Assembly: GCA_009927275.1 (NCBI GenBank)
Contig: RFNG01000086.1
Location: forward strand, 337-64,336
From: Sphingobacteriia bacterium
Lineage (GTDB): Bacteria; Bacteroidota; Bacteroidia; B-17B0; Aurantibacillaceae
Length of the DNA stretch: 64,000 nt
Reading direction: 5' to 3'
The notes beneath the pieces were generated by a model. The model did no database searches. It had not been told where the DNA came from and saw only the letters and a list, made by a program, of their open reading frames with translations. Of the stretch, positions 18,801 through 29,260 are shown in pieces (positions within the stretch are counted from its first letter, which is position 1; each line of letters starts with the position of its first letter). Made by a program: the position numbers and the translations under genes.

Positions 18801-21800
18801 ATTGGAGAAATATCCAATACTTTGATTTCGTAATTCTTTTAGAATACTGATGTCTGAAAATTTTAAATTAATTTGATTTGATTCGGGCCAAACGTTTCGG
18901 CGATCTCCATCACTATTGGCATCGTAAATACCTTTTGGGGTTATAACCAAGGGAATTTCATACTCGTAAAAATTACTATTATAATCCGATCCAATTCTAA
19001 AAAACAAATTTAAATCGCCATCTGCTAGGGTTTGTGCATTAAGTGCTTCGGCATGTACATCCATTTTAATGTTATTAAACATGCGGGTATCAAAATCTAC
19101 ATTTTTAAAAATAGCACGGCTGTCTCCGTCTTCAAGACCGCATATGCGCATTTGCAAAGCCTGTTCATTTAGTAATACCAGATTGGTGGTTTGAACATTT
19201 TGCTGTTGCTGAATATTTGGTGGCATAACATAATTTACAGGAACTTTTTTTCCGTTTTCTTGTAAACTCACAGCTGAAACATCAAAACTGGTGTTTTGAG
19301 CATCGCCGCTTAAATATTCTCCACTTTGTTTTAAATCATATTGATACCGTCGCCAATCGCTGCGCACCAACTCAAATCGGGCCATACGTAACATAACAGG
19401 CCGTTCAAAGCCTTTTAAAAATACTCGCATAAACCGAATGGAGTTAAATCCCTCCAGGCCACCAACATTTTTTTCAAACTGACTTACCGGAATTTTAAAT
19501 TGATACCACTTAACTGTTTTGGTTTCCGATCCAAAGGTAGCTGTACCGTTAAAGGCATCTACTATAAAATTGCGTCCTACGGCAGTTGCATTAACATCAT
19601 TAGGCGAGATACTAATTCGGTATTGATAATAATTTTCAGATTCGCTTAATGTATTGTCACGGTTAATATCTTCAATATTTGGAAGTGTTGTAGATCCGGT
19701 AGGGTAATTACCGCCCTTAGGGTTTAATGCACCGTACTGGGCTTCGGTGGGTGAATTTCCCTCGGGATTGTTATAATACTTGTATCGCTTAACGGTATTA
19801 AATAAGGCTGCGTCGTAATCATCGCCTCTAAAAAAATGATAATCATCCGAAGACGGATCATTTAAAAAAGACTTTATGAATGGGGAAGCTTGATTAAAAT
19901 TCGATCCTCGCGCATCGCTAAGCATCGCACTAAATCGTTTTCGTTCAGCATCATTTGAAAGCCCATCATAGCCCACATCTTGAGCCGTTCTATCGGCATT
20001 ATCCAGCGAAAAGGCATTTATAACGGGTGGTATTAATGGCACATTTGCCAATACCGTGGTATCAATTTTTAAATTTTTAGAATAGTCGGACGGTCCCGGT
20101 AATCCATTTTCATATACCATTCGGCCATCTTTGATAATATCCTCTGAAATGTTACCTAAGTTTATGTACATCTGCCCGGCGGGTAAACTTGTAGCATCAA
20201 ACATTGAATCGGTACTGGATTTGTAGTCTTCATTATAAGGATCCATTAACCAAAACTGAATGTACTCAACATTGGCAGATTGAAAATCATTGGTTTCTAA
20301 CCTACGACTAATACCGGCCCATCGGGTTTCCGGATTATTTAACAAACCTTCATTATCAACTCCTTTAGAGTATCCGGTTTTTGGTAATACATCATAATTA
20401 TACGGTCCGCGTAATTGCGGATAAAATAAAAGGTCGAGCGTTTGAAGGATTTGCTGCTGTCCGTTAGGAGGAATTTTACTAGGAAATAGCTCGGTTTCAA
20501 ATACCTGTCGCCACATGTTATTAGAATATAATTTACGTCCGGTATAATAATCGGGAGTTGTAGCCTGTTCTCGAGTAAACATTGGATCAACATTATACCA
20601 ACACAACTTAGCGCGATTAAGCCCGGGAATTGTAGTATTAGACTCTGCTGCCTCCGGAAACAATTGCGCCTGACCCTGAGGTATACTGGATAAATTCCAT
20701 GCTGTGGCACCTTTAACATCAATTAAACTAATTGAACCTTCAAAATCATCTATGTAAGAATTTCCTCCATTAGTACTAATTGCTTTGGCATTTCCGGCAA
20801 ATAATTTGGCTATTTCGCCCCTCGAGGTAATACTGCTCATTTCTTTGGTACTAAAAAAAGGTAATTTGTCTAACCACCGAGTTATAAAAGGAGCATCTGC
20901 CTTGTAGTTATAATCAAGCCCTAAAATAAAATTACTGGCGGGCTCTTCTCCAAATGCTACCTTTTGAGTTAATGGCCTTTCGGTAAATTTTAAAAATGTA
21001 CCACCTAAATTTAAATATCGGGAGGCTTTATAATCAAAACGCGAACCCAATAAGGATTTTTGCTGCACACTAAACAAGGAATTACTTTCCAGTGAAATTT
21101 TAATTGTAGCGCCTGAATTAAGGATGCCCTCGTTAATAATTTTAACGCGCCCTAAGGTATAATCGATGGTATAATCGGTGTTTTCGGTTAAGTTAACACC
21201 ATTGGCACTAACTACCACTGCCCCTTGTGGTATGTTCATGGCATTTAATGAAATTTCAGAACCCGATGAAGTTCTAAATTGCCCTTTTAATTTAAAGCGG
21301 TTTTTATTTTGTATAAATGATGCTGCGGTTCGGGTGGAATCGTACAGTTCATAAAAAATATATTTATTTACATCTGGAAAATCGGCTGCTTCAAATGCAG
21401 CGGCCAGGCTTTTCCCAAAAGGTTCAGCGGTTGGAAAATAAATGCGACCCGTATTTTGCTGTACGGTATAGCCGTTAATAAAATCATATACGCCATCGGG
21501 CAATTTATCGCCGTTTACACTCAATCGATCCGCCTGCAACACCCGAATTAACTGTTTACCATTTACCTTTCCTGAAACCGAACCGGCGGGAAGATAGGGT
21601 ACATCTACACCCGTTTCAATATTATTATAAAATACATCCAGTTTAAAATCCTGCGGATTTAAATTGTAAGCACCTATTGCATACACATTTTTCATCATCA
21701 AATCCCATACCGGCTGTTTAACATTTACTACCGTGCTTTTTAATAGTTTACATACCAATAGCTTAGTATTATCGGGTACTTGTTCACTAAATTCGCCAAC

Positions 21801-23336
21801 CTGAAACGTTCGGCCACCATACGTAAATTGAAATGAAATACCCAAGGCCTGATCGTTGTTAAGTTGTTGATTAAGTGAAATGCAGCCGGTACGGGGATTA
21901 AATACAAATTCATTGGCGGTAAGTCGTCTGGCATTTCTAATAATATTATAATCACGACTGGCATCCATGTAAATACCTCCAGCATTATTTGGGTTTGAAA
22001 CCCATTTAGACGTTGATAACTGTTCGGAAACATCATCTATTTTTCGGTCTCGTAAAAGGCCGTTGGTTGGATTTGTTAAAATCTGGTACAAACTGTTTGA
22101 AGTGTTTGAAGGCAGACTGTCGGGACGGGCATCTGAAATTATATAAGCACCGTCGGATAAACCGCGTTTTAATCCCGGCCATACAAAACTGGTATCTTCA
22201 CCTAAATCTTCAAAGGCAACAATATTTCGAGTTTGTTCGGCACTGCCGTTAATGCCAAGTACATATACCTCCATTTTTGTTATGACAATTGGCGTATTAA
22301 CAACCGGCAGCGATTGCATCCATATATCGTAATAGCTTCTAAAATAATGTGAAATAAAAAAATGTTTATTTTGCTCATACTGATCAGCACTGATATTAAA
22401 ATTTTGTACCTGTGCCCCGCCCTGAATGGTTATTTCCTGTTTTTTTCCTTTTTGCTGACTCAGCACTGTAGTGGCCCGGAGTTTACCAAATTGTAAATCT
22501 GTTTTAATTCCAAACAGGGTTTGGCTACCAGAAATAAGTGAACTGTTTAATGGCAAGGTAACATTACCTGCTTCAATTTTTTTGATGATATCATCTTCAA
22601 GGCCCGCAAAATCAATTTTAACTTGATTTTCCCATTCAAAGGTTGCATCCGTATTGTAATTGGCGTTTATTTTTAATTTTTCACCAATTTTACCAGCTAA
22701 ATTCATTTGAATGCGCATGTTAAAATCGAAATTGGTAAGCTTTTGCTGGTTTTGAGGTACTGATGGATTTCGGTTTACATTGCGATTAAGTCCAAAAATT
22801 ATTTCTGCTACTCCATTTGGTTTAATTTCAACCACATTACTTCCAAAAATACGTTCAAACAGTTCACTGTTAACCTGCAATTTAGGTATCATACCGGGCC
22901 TGGGCTGTTGACTTAATTCATCTGCAGAAACCTTAGATTTCCAGTATTCAAGCATAAGTTTACGGTACTGGTAATTTTGATATTCGGGCTTTGTTAAATA
23001 GTCGGGCGCACTTAGATGTAAACTACCTGCATTGGTACCAAACTGATAGCGCTGCAATGCGGGCACGTACAAAATAGTGGTACTGAAATTGGAAGGTGCA
23101 TTTAAATACCATTTAGATTCTTTAAATGGTAATGAAAATGGAGCGCTTGTTTTAGGTATGGGATACGGTAAATTCACTTTAGGAGTATCCGAAGGCTGAA
23201 AACATTGAACCCGATGGCGGTAAACCATGCGTGTAGTGCCCTTAAAAACCGACTTGGGGGTTTTGGTTAATAAACTCCACCCCATCAATACAAAGGATAA
23301 GCCTATAAACACATATCGAACTGCTTTAAATGGCAC
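15858..23336 (-). CDS. sprA: T9SS outer-membrane translocon SprA/Sov (2492 aa)
   Basis: [53 protein letters not shown]-terminal [16 protein letters not shown]; ruvA-sprA-gcvH order; GTG start. Confidence 0.95.
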   Translation of the reverse strand: MPFKAVRYVFIGLSFVLMGWSLLTKTPKSVFKGTTRMVYRHRVQCFQPSDTPKVNLPYPIPKTSAPFSLPFKESKWYLNAPSNFSTTILYVPALQRYQFGTNAGSLHLSAPDYLTKPEYQNYQYRKLMLEYWKSKVSADELSQQPRPGMIPKLQVNSELFERIFGSNVVEIKPNGVAEIIFGLNRNVNRNPSVPQNQQKLTNFDFNMRIQMNLAGKIGEKLKINANYNTDATFEWENQVKIDFAGLEDDIIKKIEAGNVTLPLNSSLISGSQTLFGIKTDLQFGKLRATTVLSQQKGKKQEITIQGGAQVQNFNISADQYEQNKHFFISHYFRSYYDIWMQSLPVVNTPIVITKMEVYVLGINGSAEQTRNIVAFEDLGEDTSFVWPGLKRGLSDGAYIISDARPDSLPSNTSNSLYQILTNPTNGLLRDRKIDDVSEQLSTSKWVSNPNNAGGIYMDASRDYNIIRNARRLTANEFVFNPRTGCISLNQQLNNDQALGISFQFTYGGRTFQVGEFSEQVPDNTKLLVCKLLKSTVVNVKQPVWDLMMKNVYAIGAYNLNPQDFKLDVFYNNIETGVDVPYLPAGSVSGKVNGKQLIRVLQADRLSVNGDKLPDGVYDFINGYTVQQNTGRIYFPTAEPFGKSLAAAFEAADFPDVNKYIFYELYDSTRTAASFIQNKNRFKLKGQFRTSSGSEISLNAMNIPQGAVVVSANGVNLTENTDYTIDYTLGRVKIINEGILNSGATIKISLESNSLFSVQQKSLLGSRFDYKASRYLNLGGTFLKFTERPLTQKVAFGEEPASNFILGLDYNYKADAPFITRWLDKLPFFSTKEMSSITSRGEIAKLFAGNAKAISTNGGNSYIDDFEGSISLIDVKGATAWNLSSIPQGQAQLFPEAAESNTTIPGLNRAKLCWYNVDPMFTREQATTPDYYTGRKLYSNNMWRQVFETELFPSKIPPNGQQQILQTLDLLFYPQLRGPYNYDVLPKTGYSKGVDNEGLLNNPETRWAGISRRLETNDFQSANVEYIQFWLMDPYNEDYKSSTDSMFDATSLPAGQMYINLGNISEDIIKDGRMVYENGLPGPSDYSKNLKIDTTVLANVPLIPPVINAFSLDNADRTAQDVGYDGLSNDAERKRFSAMLSDARGSNFNQASPFIKSFLNDPSSDDYHFFRGDDYDAALFNTVKRYKYYNNPEGNSPTEAQYGALNPKGGNYPTGSTTLPNIEDINRDNTLSESENYYQYRISISPNDVNATAVGRNFIVDAFNGTATFGSETKTVKWYQFKIPVSQFEKNVGGLEGFNSIRFMRVFLKGFERPVMLRMARFELVRSDWRRYQYDLKQSGEYLSGDAQNTSFDVSAVSLQENGKKVPVNYVMPPNIQQQQNVQTTNLVLLNEQALQMRICGLEDGDSRAIFKNVDFDTRMFNNIKMDVHAEALNAQTLADGDLNLFFRIGSDYNSNFYEYEIPLVITPKGIYDANSDGDRRNVWPESNQINLKFSDISILKELRNQSIGYFSNLNQVSVPFTKSFGTYSVTIVGNPNLGNVKSIMVGVRNRKTPDRLSHCAEIWINELRLTDFNNQGGWAATGQVQTKLADVGNMALSGTYKSPFWGGVESKINDRTKESTVDWDMSTALNMGKFLPEALKITLPIYYNFGQTRITPLFNPLDPDVRMQDLNQISDAALQQDILNRVLDITERKGFNVSNVKIEGLKRKVAKPAFYDISNFTATYVYNEISKRNVTIEQSVNRQLRLNVQYAYAIKSPLSITPFQNLKFLKAKSLALIKDFNIQLTPNNFGFSTDINRTYVLLKNRDNTSLYADTLGFSNPALINKNFIMTRNYNLLWNLSKSLKWDYTATNESRILELPGEWVSGSVSQNDYIWNTFKNGRDSVLADGSVTTMGQFGENTQFRQQHNLNWDVPINKIPVLSFIKISYRYGGTYTWNRKPFAADLQIGNTIQNTNTQNITANLNFVSFYSRIPFLNKLLNPTAGAPRTVQALARGDAKKREMTLGDTLKPKKDNPFKAILQFAGQTLLMLKNASLTYQLTGGQALPNFKPRSRAAGLDSDNDLAPGIKFVGGIYDPDFLKTSINNRWISTNAVQTTPYLENAGRILNYRASVEPHKSLRIDFNGVYTLNKSKSSYIVYDSTQLNTNGYRTNISPVETGNFNISTLMLGRSFRENADALTSILFDDFLRERDNAAKMLSAKNKYSKGSVIIPGTGKAYYDGYSVNQQDVLLYAFYKAYTGRDIESYSTQSIFPKLPLPGWTLNFDGLGQLPVIQKHFRGISVRHGYRSTYSISSFNNDLLFNSDSALQNRRYQVSVISGSTELNPNFISYYNINTVVFSENFEPLIRFDFQFKDPKWTFNTEMKRNKTIALNPKSIQIIETRGQEFVVGFGYKHPKLKIGKLMVLGRPLESPLTTRLDLSYRKNITVIRDISTANSMPSAGTNIWSVRSSADYQITDMITLRLFYDWTSNTPQTSAAFPTANANGGFSLRINFQ

Positions 23337-23340
23337 AATT

Positions 23341-23934
23341 TTAAAGGAATTTTAGAGCAGATTTGATAATTACATCAGGTTTGGTTTCGTGCGATAATCC
23401 TTCGCGTAATGCACGTTCTATAGCTTTTTCAGCAGCAGATTTATTAAATCCAAGAGTCATTAATGCTAGTAACGCTTCATCGGGTGTTTTAGTATGGCCC
23501 GAAGTTAAAATTGTACTTATGCCACCTTCGTGTTTTCCAAGTTTTCCTTTTAAATCTACCACAATTCGTTGGGCGGTTTTTTCGCCAATCCCTTTAATGG
23601 TTTTAAGTAAACTAACATTTGCAGTATTTATGGCTGTTTCTATATCTTGCGGTGCTAAACTAGACAACAACAGTAAAGCACTGTTTCCACCCACTCCACT
23701 TACAGATACAAGTTTTCTAAACAATTCACGCTCCTGTTCTTCGTAAAAAGCATACGATTTAGGCAAATCATCTCTGCTGTATAGCGATTCAACGAAAAGT
23801 TTTACAGTTTGCTTATCAGAAAGTTGCGAATACGTACGTAGGGAAATGCTAAACCCATAACCAAGTCCACCGCATTCAATAACAACATACGTTGGTTTTA
23901 GCGCATACAGGGTTCCGCTTACATGATGAATCAT
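23341..23934 (-). CDS. ruvA: Holliday junction branch migration protein RuvA
   Basis: VVIECGGLGY, LVSVSGVGG, IKGIGEKTAQRIVVDLKGK, ALLALMTLGF. Confidence 0.95.
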   Translation of the reverse strand: MIHHVSGTLYALKPTYVVIECGGLGYGFSISLRTYSQLSDKQTVKLFVESLYSRDDLPKSYAFYEEQERELFRKLVSVSGVGGNSALLLLSSLAPQDIETAINTANVSLLKTIKGIGEKTAQRIVVDLKGKLGKHEGGISTILTSGHTKTPDEALLALMTLGFNKSAAEKAIERALREGLSHETKPDVIIKSALKFL

Positions 23935-23935
23935 A

Positions 23936-26205
23936 TTAGTTTTTTTTCTGTGCGTCTATTACAGCAATAATTATCATGTTTACAATTTCACGCACACTGC
24001 TGCCCAATTGTAAAATATGTACCGGTTTTTTTAAACCCATTAAAACCGGTCCTATTGCTTCTGCACCGCTTAATTCTTGCATCATTTTATACGCAATATT
24101 GCCGGCTGCCAGGTTAGGAAAAATAAAGGTATTTACATTTTGATCAACAAGTTTACTAAATGGAAATTGCTCTTTTAAAAGATTGTTATTTAAAGCAAAG
24201 TTTGCCTGTATATCTCCATCCACTATCAAATCGGGATGCTGTTTATGTAAAATTTCAACAGCTTTTGACACTTTATTAGGAATAGCCCCCGGCGTTGAAC
24301 CAAAATTGGTGTAGGATAACAGGGCCATGCGGGGTTTAACATTAAACTGCTGAACCTTGGATGCAGTTAAGAGGGCAATATCTGCTAATTCCTCAGCTGT
24401 AGGATCGGCATTCATGGTGGTATCGGCAAAAAAATAAGGGCCTTTTTTTGTGACCATGATATACAACCCTGCAACCTTTTTTACACCTATTTCTAAATCG
24501 ATAATGTGTAGTGCGGGCCGGATGGGCTGTGCGTATTTGCGGGTTAATCCGCTAATCATAGCATCGGCCATACCCTGCTCAACCATCATACATCCAAAAT
24601 AATTACGATCACGCATTTGCTTGCGTGCGTCATATTGCGTAAGTCCACGACGTTGGCGTTTATTCCAAGTAAATCCCCAAAGTCATTTCGGTGCTGTTCT
24701 TGTGTATCAGCAACAGGATCGATAATGGGCATGTCGGTTAAATCTAGATTATGCTGTTGCGCCAATAATTGAATTTTTTGCTGATTTCCCAGTAATATGG
24801 GATGTGCTATCCCCTCATCACGAACCACCTGCGCCGCTTTTAAAATTTTATACGTGTCGGCTTCTGCAAAAACTATACGTTTGGGATTTCGTTTGGCTTT
24901 ATCGGCCAAGCTTCGCATTAATTTATTATCCTTTCCCAAACGGTTTTCAAGTTCATTGCGGTAAGCATTCCAGTCGGTAATTGTACGACGGGCCACACCA
25001 CTGTCACATGCTGCTTTTGCTACAGCAGAAGAAACTTCTACAATTAACCGGTTATCTATAGGTTTGGGAATTATATAATCTTTTCCGAAAGCCAAATTTG
25101 CTGAGCCATATGCCAAATTCACATAATCGGGAACCGTTTCTTTGGCAAGCTGTGCAATTGCATACGTGGCTGCTAATTTCATGGCTTCGTTAATTGTTGA
25201 AGCACGTACATCCATGGCGCCTCTAAAAATAAATGGGAAACCCAAAACATTGTTTACCTGATTTGGATTATCGCTACGACCTGTTGCCACAATAATATCC
25301 GTACGTGCCGAAAGGGCATCTTCATAGGAAATTTCAGGTGTTGGATTGGCCAAAGCAAAAACGATACAATTGGCATTCATGCGTTTTACCATTTCCCGTG
25401 TAAGGATATTGCCTTTTGATAAACCCACAAAAACGTCTGCATTTGTAATGGCATCGTCTAAGGTTTTTAAATCATCTGTTTTACGTGCAAAAAAACGTTT
25501 GTAAACATCCAGGTCGTTACGACCTTCGTGAATTACGCCTTTACTGTCAAGCATTATAATGTTTTCTTTTTTAACACCAACCGCTATATACATTTTGGCA
25601 CAAGAATTGGCTGATGCGCCGGCACCATTAATTACAACGCGTATCGCATGCATCTGTTTACCCGAAAGCTCAACGGCATTTATTAAACCCGCCGCAGAAA
25701 TTATGGCTGTACCATGCTGATCATCGTGCATCAGCGGAATGTTTAATTCTTCTTTTAAACGACGTTCAATTTCAAAACACTCTGGAGCTTTTATATCTTC
25801 TAAATTAATTCCCCCGAATGTGGGTGCAATATGTTTAACGGTGGATACAAATTCATCTATATTTTTAGTGTCAATTTCAATATCAAAGACATCGATATCG
25901 GCAAATATTTTAAATAAAAGCCCTTTACCTTCCATAACCGGTTTTGATGCTAAGGCTCCTATATCCCCCAAACCTAATACGGCTGTACCATTTGATATTA
26001 CTGCAACCAAATTACCTTTAGCAGTATACTTGTAGGCATCTTCAGGATTTTTTTCAATTTCAAGACAAGGCTCTGCTACACCTGGTGAATATGCTAAGGT
26101 TAAATCGCGTTGTGTACTGTAGGGTTTTGTTGGAATTACCTCGATTTTACCTGGACGCCCCTGCGCATGATATTCGAGTGCGTCTTCTTTTCTAAATTTT
26201 GCCAT
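23936..26205 (-). CDS. maeB: NADP-dependent malic enzyme with phosphotransacetylase-like C-domain (frameshift near 24667)
   Basis: LAYSPGVAEPC, VAVISNGTAVLGLG, INLEDIKAPECF, HDDQHGT, FALANP, NQVNNVLGFP. Adding one base restores DLLWNKRQRRG..ARKQMRDRNYFG and joins the PTA-like domain (IFPNLAAGNIAYK, GPVLMG). Confidence 0.92.
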
Positions 26206-26217
26206 AATTGAACGCTG

Positions 26218-26225
26218 CGAAGGTA
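26218..26225 (-). promoter_or_regulatory. Variant -7 promoter element for maeB
   Basis: TACCTTCG on the minus strand, 12 nt upstream of the maeB ATG. Confidence 0.45.
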
Positions 26226-26274
26226 CTAAAAATAATAGATCTAATAAAATGCTAAATAATTGAAAAACAGTATT

Positions 26275-29058
26275 TTAAACTTTAAATAAAAGCCTAAAAC
26301 CGGTACGTAGTGTAGGGGGTTTAAAATATTCCAAATCCCCTCCCATTGAAACCATAAGTTCTTTAGAAACCATTAGCCCCAAACCTGAACCGGATGTTTT
26401 TGAACTGAATCGAAATTTAAATAGCTGTTGTTGTTGTTCGATGGAAAGACCTTTTCCGTTATCATTTAACTCCAGCGCCAAATTGTTTTGGGGAGTTATG
26501 TACATAACTATTTCAAGCATGGGCTCATTAACTGCATCCATGGCAGCAATGGCATTATGCAACACGTTATTTAATACCCGAAGCACACTTTGCGGTTCAG
26601 CTTGAACCGGTAATTTAAGTTGCTTTGTCCATATCACTTTTACATGGTTAGGCACTATTGCCAGTGCTGTAGTAATTAATTCTGCCAGCGGTACCGGTTG
26701 CAGTTTCAGTGGCTCTGCATTTGAAAAATCTGAAAAGCGTTGCACCATGGCATTAATATGATCTAATTGCTGTACCAATTGCTGGGCTTGCGCTTTAAAA
26801 TACAGTGTAAAATTTTGGGCATCGCGTTCTTGCAATTGAATAAGGTATTGTAAATTTAATTTTAAGGGCGTTAAGGGATTTCTAATGTCGTGGGCAACCT
26901 GTAGTGCCAATTCTTTCCAGGCCTTTGATTGTTCTTTTAATTTTAATACTTCAATATTATTTTCCAAACGGTCAATTAACAAATTATAGGCCCCAATCAG
27001 CTGGGCTAAATCACCACTACCCCGAATGTGTATTTTTGAATTTGTATGTTCAACTGAAAGTAAGGGCAACTGCTGCCGCAATTGTCGTAAAGGTTTTGTT
27101 AATTGATAATTTATTAGCGATGAAAGCAATATACATAACAGTAAGGTAACAATAAAAATATGGATGCAACGGTTGCCAATATGAGCCTTAATTTGCTTTT
27201 GGTATGCAAAGTCTTTTACATTTAACGTTGCTATATAAATATGCGAACCGTCAGGTATAAAACGGCAATTGCTTATAAAAACCGGATACAGCTGCGTGTT
27301 TAAAACAAAACCTGCATCTACATTGGTTAAGAGATTGGGATTTATTTTACCAGGGAAAAAACTATTTTTTACATGTGATGACAAGGTTTGCATTTTAATA
27401 TATTTTCCGCTGGAGTCATACAACAAAATGGGTGTGCTGTAACGCAGCTGCAAATCGCTGCAAACCTGGCTCCACAATGGCACCTGCGCTTTGTCAAAAA
27501 CCGATGCTTGTGAAAACTCAGATTTAAATTCTTGCACAATTGCGTTGTTTAACTGTATTCCTTGACGCTCTTGTGAGGTTTCAAATGAAATTTGTATTTG
27601 ATAGTATACCAATAATAAAAGCACTGCAGAAAATAATGTGATGAGTACTGTTGCTACCCAAACATTTTGATGCCATAAACTAGCCTTTATAGCATTATAT
27701 AGTGTTTTACCTCGATACAGCAACTGCAAAACAAAAAACACACCAACGGCACACAACAATATAGATAGTACCAAAAAAAATACATTTTCAAAATTTGAAT
27801 ACAATTCATAAAATACCCATTTTGATCCGGACTGTAAGGTGCAGGTATATTTAGTTTTAAATGCTTGCGGTAAAAGATTTTCGGTACCAAGTAAATATCC
27901 CGAAGAATTATAGTAGGCCGATTTAATATTTGCCGTATTAAACAAAAGATTTTCAATGGAATCCTTGGATGTTAGTGCCGTATAAGTATCTCTTAAACTA
28001 TTAAATTGCTCAGGATTATAATACAATTTAAACTTGTACTGCGCGTTAACATAAAATTCAATAAAATAAAAACAGCTGTCATTAGCAGATTTATAAAAGT
28101 GACTTTGGCCGGAGCCTTTAGGAGCCATTTTATGCTGTATTAAATCTGTATGTTGAAGCCTATTTAACCATGGATGATTAGCCTTAACCAAAACTTGGCC
28201 ATCCTTTGAAAAAATGGCATATTGAACGTACGGAACAGCACGTGTAAGTTGTAAATGACTTCGAATACGGTTTTGTAAGGTAGCATCCGATTGTGGCAAA
28301 AAAGCAATAAGATTCGCCAGGGTAGAATCGTTTTTTATACGATTAACCCAGCTTTCAAAGGTTTTATCCATTGTATAATTTTCGTGATTTGCCCAAATTT
28401 TAACAGCATTACGCATACTTTGCCGTTGATTTTGGTTATGCACATTAATTACAGAAACGGCTGCTGTAAAAACCCAACACATACTTATTAGTACATGGGT
28501 TGCCCTTTTTAATCTTGCAGATTGTATAGTAATACTAATACAATACAATAACAAACAACAAGCAATCCAAACAGGCTTTTGAAAATTTAAATAAAATATC
28601 CAAAATAAACTTCCTACATACAATGTTAAAAGTATTGTAAAATTGGATTTTTGTTTTACGGCACGATACCATAAACTAAATCTTGAAAATACCTGATATA
28701 ATAAAATACTCAATAAGGCCACATGGCAGGTGTAAAACAAATTGCTTTGATTTGAAAAATACTCTAAAACACTGAGTGCTTTAATTTTTCCCAAAGGCAT
28801 TTGATCCATATTTGTAAATACCACATAAAGTGTGAAACATTCAAAAATGGGCCAATTACGATTTAAAACTTTAAACTTTGGATTTAAGCGTATCATTCCA
28901 AAAAGCAAGGTTAATAACGCAAGCCCCTTAAATGAAAATGAAAAAAAGGGCACCAAGCACAATAACAGAAAATGAAAAGTCAAATAAATTACATTTTTAC
29001 GATTTGGTTGGGTTTTTAAAAATATAAACCCAAAAAGTAAAAGATATAAAAGATACAT
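26275..29058 (-). CDS. Multi-TM sensor histidine kinase (HAMP, HisKA, HATPase; NtrY-like kinase core)
   Basis: Many N-terminal TMs; LTKPLRQL...LAQLIGAYN (HAMP); WKELALQVAHDIRNPLTP; NNVLHNA; DNGKGL; GSGLGL. Confidence 0.88.
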   Translation of the reverse strand: MYLLYLLLFGFIFLKTQPNRKNVIYLTFHFLLLCLVPFFSFSFKGLALLTLLFGMIRLNPKFKVLNRNWPIFECFTLYVVFTNMDQMPLGKIKALSVLEYFSNQSNLFYTCHVALLSILLYQVFSRFSLWYRAVKQKSNFTILLTLYVGSLFWIFYLNFQKPVWIACCLLLYCISITIQSARLKRATHVLISMCWVFTAAVSVINVHNQNQRQSMRNAVKIWANHENYTMDKTFESWVNRIKNDSTLANLIAFLPQSDATLQNRIRSHLQLTRAVPYVQYAIFSKDGQVLVKANHPWLNRLQHTDLIQHKMAPKGSGQSHFYKSANDSCFYFIEFYVNAQYKFKLYYNPEQFNSLRDTYTALTSKDSIENLLFNTANIKSAYYNSSGYLLGTENLLPQAFKTKYTCTLQSGSKWVFYELYSNFENVFFLVLSILLCAVGVFFVLQLLYRGKTLYNAIKASLWHQNVWVATVLITLFSAVLLLLVYYQIQISFETSQERQGIQLNNAIVQEFKSEFSQASVFDKAQVPLWSQVCSDLQLRYSTPILLYDSSGKYIKMQTLSSHVKNSFFPGKINPNLLTNVDAGFVLNTQLYPVFISNCRFIPDGSHIYIATLNVKDFAYQKQIKAHIGNRCIHIFIVTLLLCILLSSLINYQLTKPLRQLRQQLPLLSVEHTNSKIHIRGSGDLAQLIGAYNLLIDRLENNIEVLKLKEQSKAWKELALQVAHDIRNPLTPLKLNLQYLIQLQERDAQNFTLYFKAQAQQLVQQLDHINAMVQRFSDFSNAEPLKLQPVPLAELITTALAIVPNHVKVIWTKQLKLPVQAEPQSVLRVLNNVLHNAIAAMDAVNEPMLEIVMYITPQNNLALELNDNGKGLSIEQQQQLFKFRFSSKTSGSGLGLMVSKELMVSMGGDLEYFKPPTLRTGFRLLFKV

Positions 29059-29260
29059 TTTTATGTTGAATATAGTAATTCTAGATTAAATTATTTTAGA
29101 AACTTACTTTAAAACAAATGCAATAAAGTGATTTAATATTTGACTTGGCATAGCAGACATTATCCGAGCGTAGCGAGCCCAAATCTGGTATTTAATATAA
29201 TCTACCTGCCAAATAGATATGTATTAATTGCTTTTTGTATCTTTATAGATTCAAAATTAT

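Noticed and set aside
15858-26205. maeB-ruvA-sprA-gcvH cluster as a novel system
   Set aside because: As I recall, this gene order is common in Bacteroidota and all members are known.
29059-29260. tRNA or known riboswitch (TPP, SAM, cobalamin) in the largest intergenic region
   Set aside because: No cloverleaf, T-loop or conserved riboswitch core motifs are visible.
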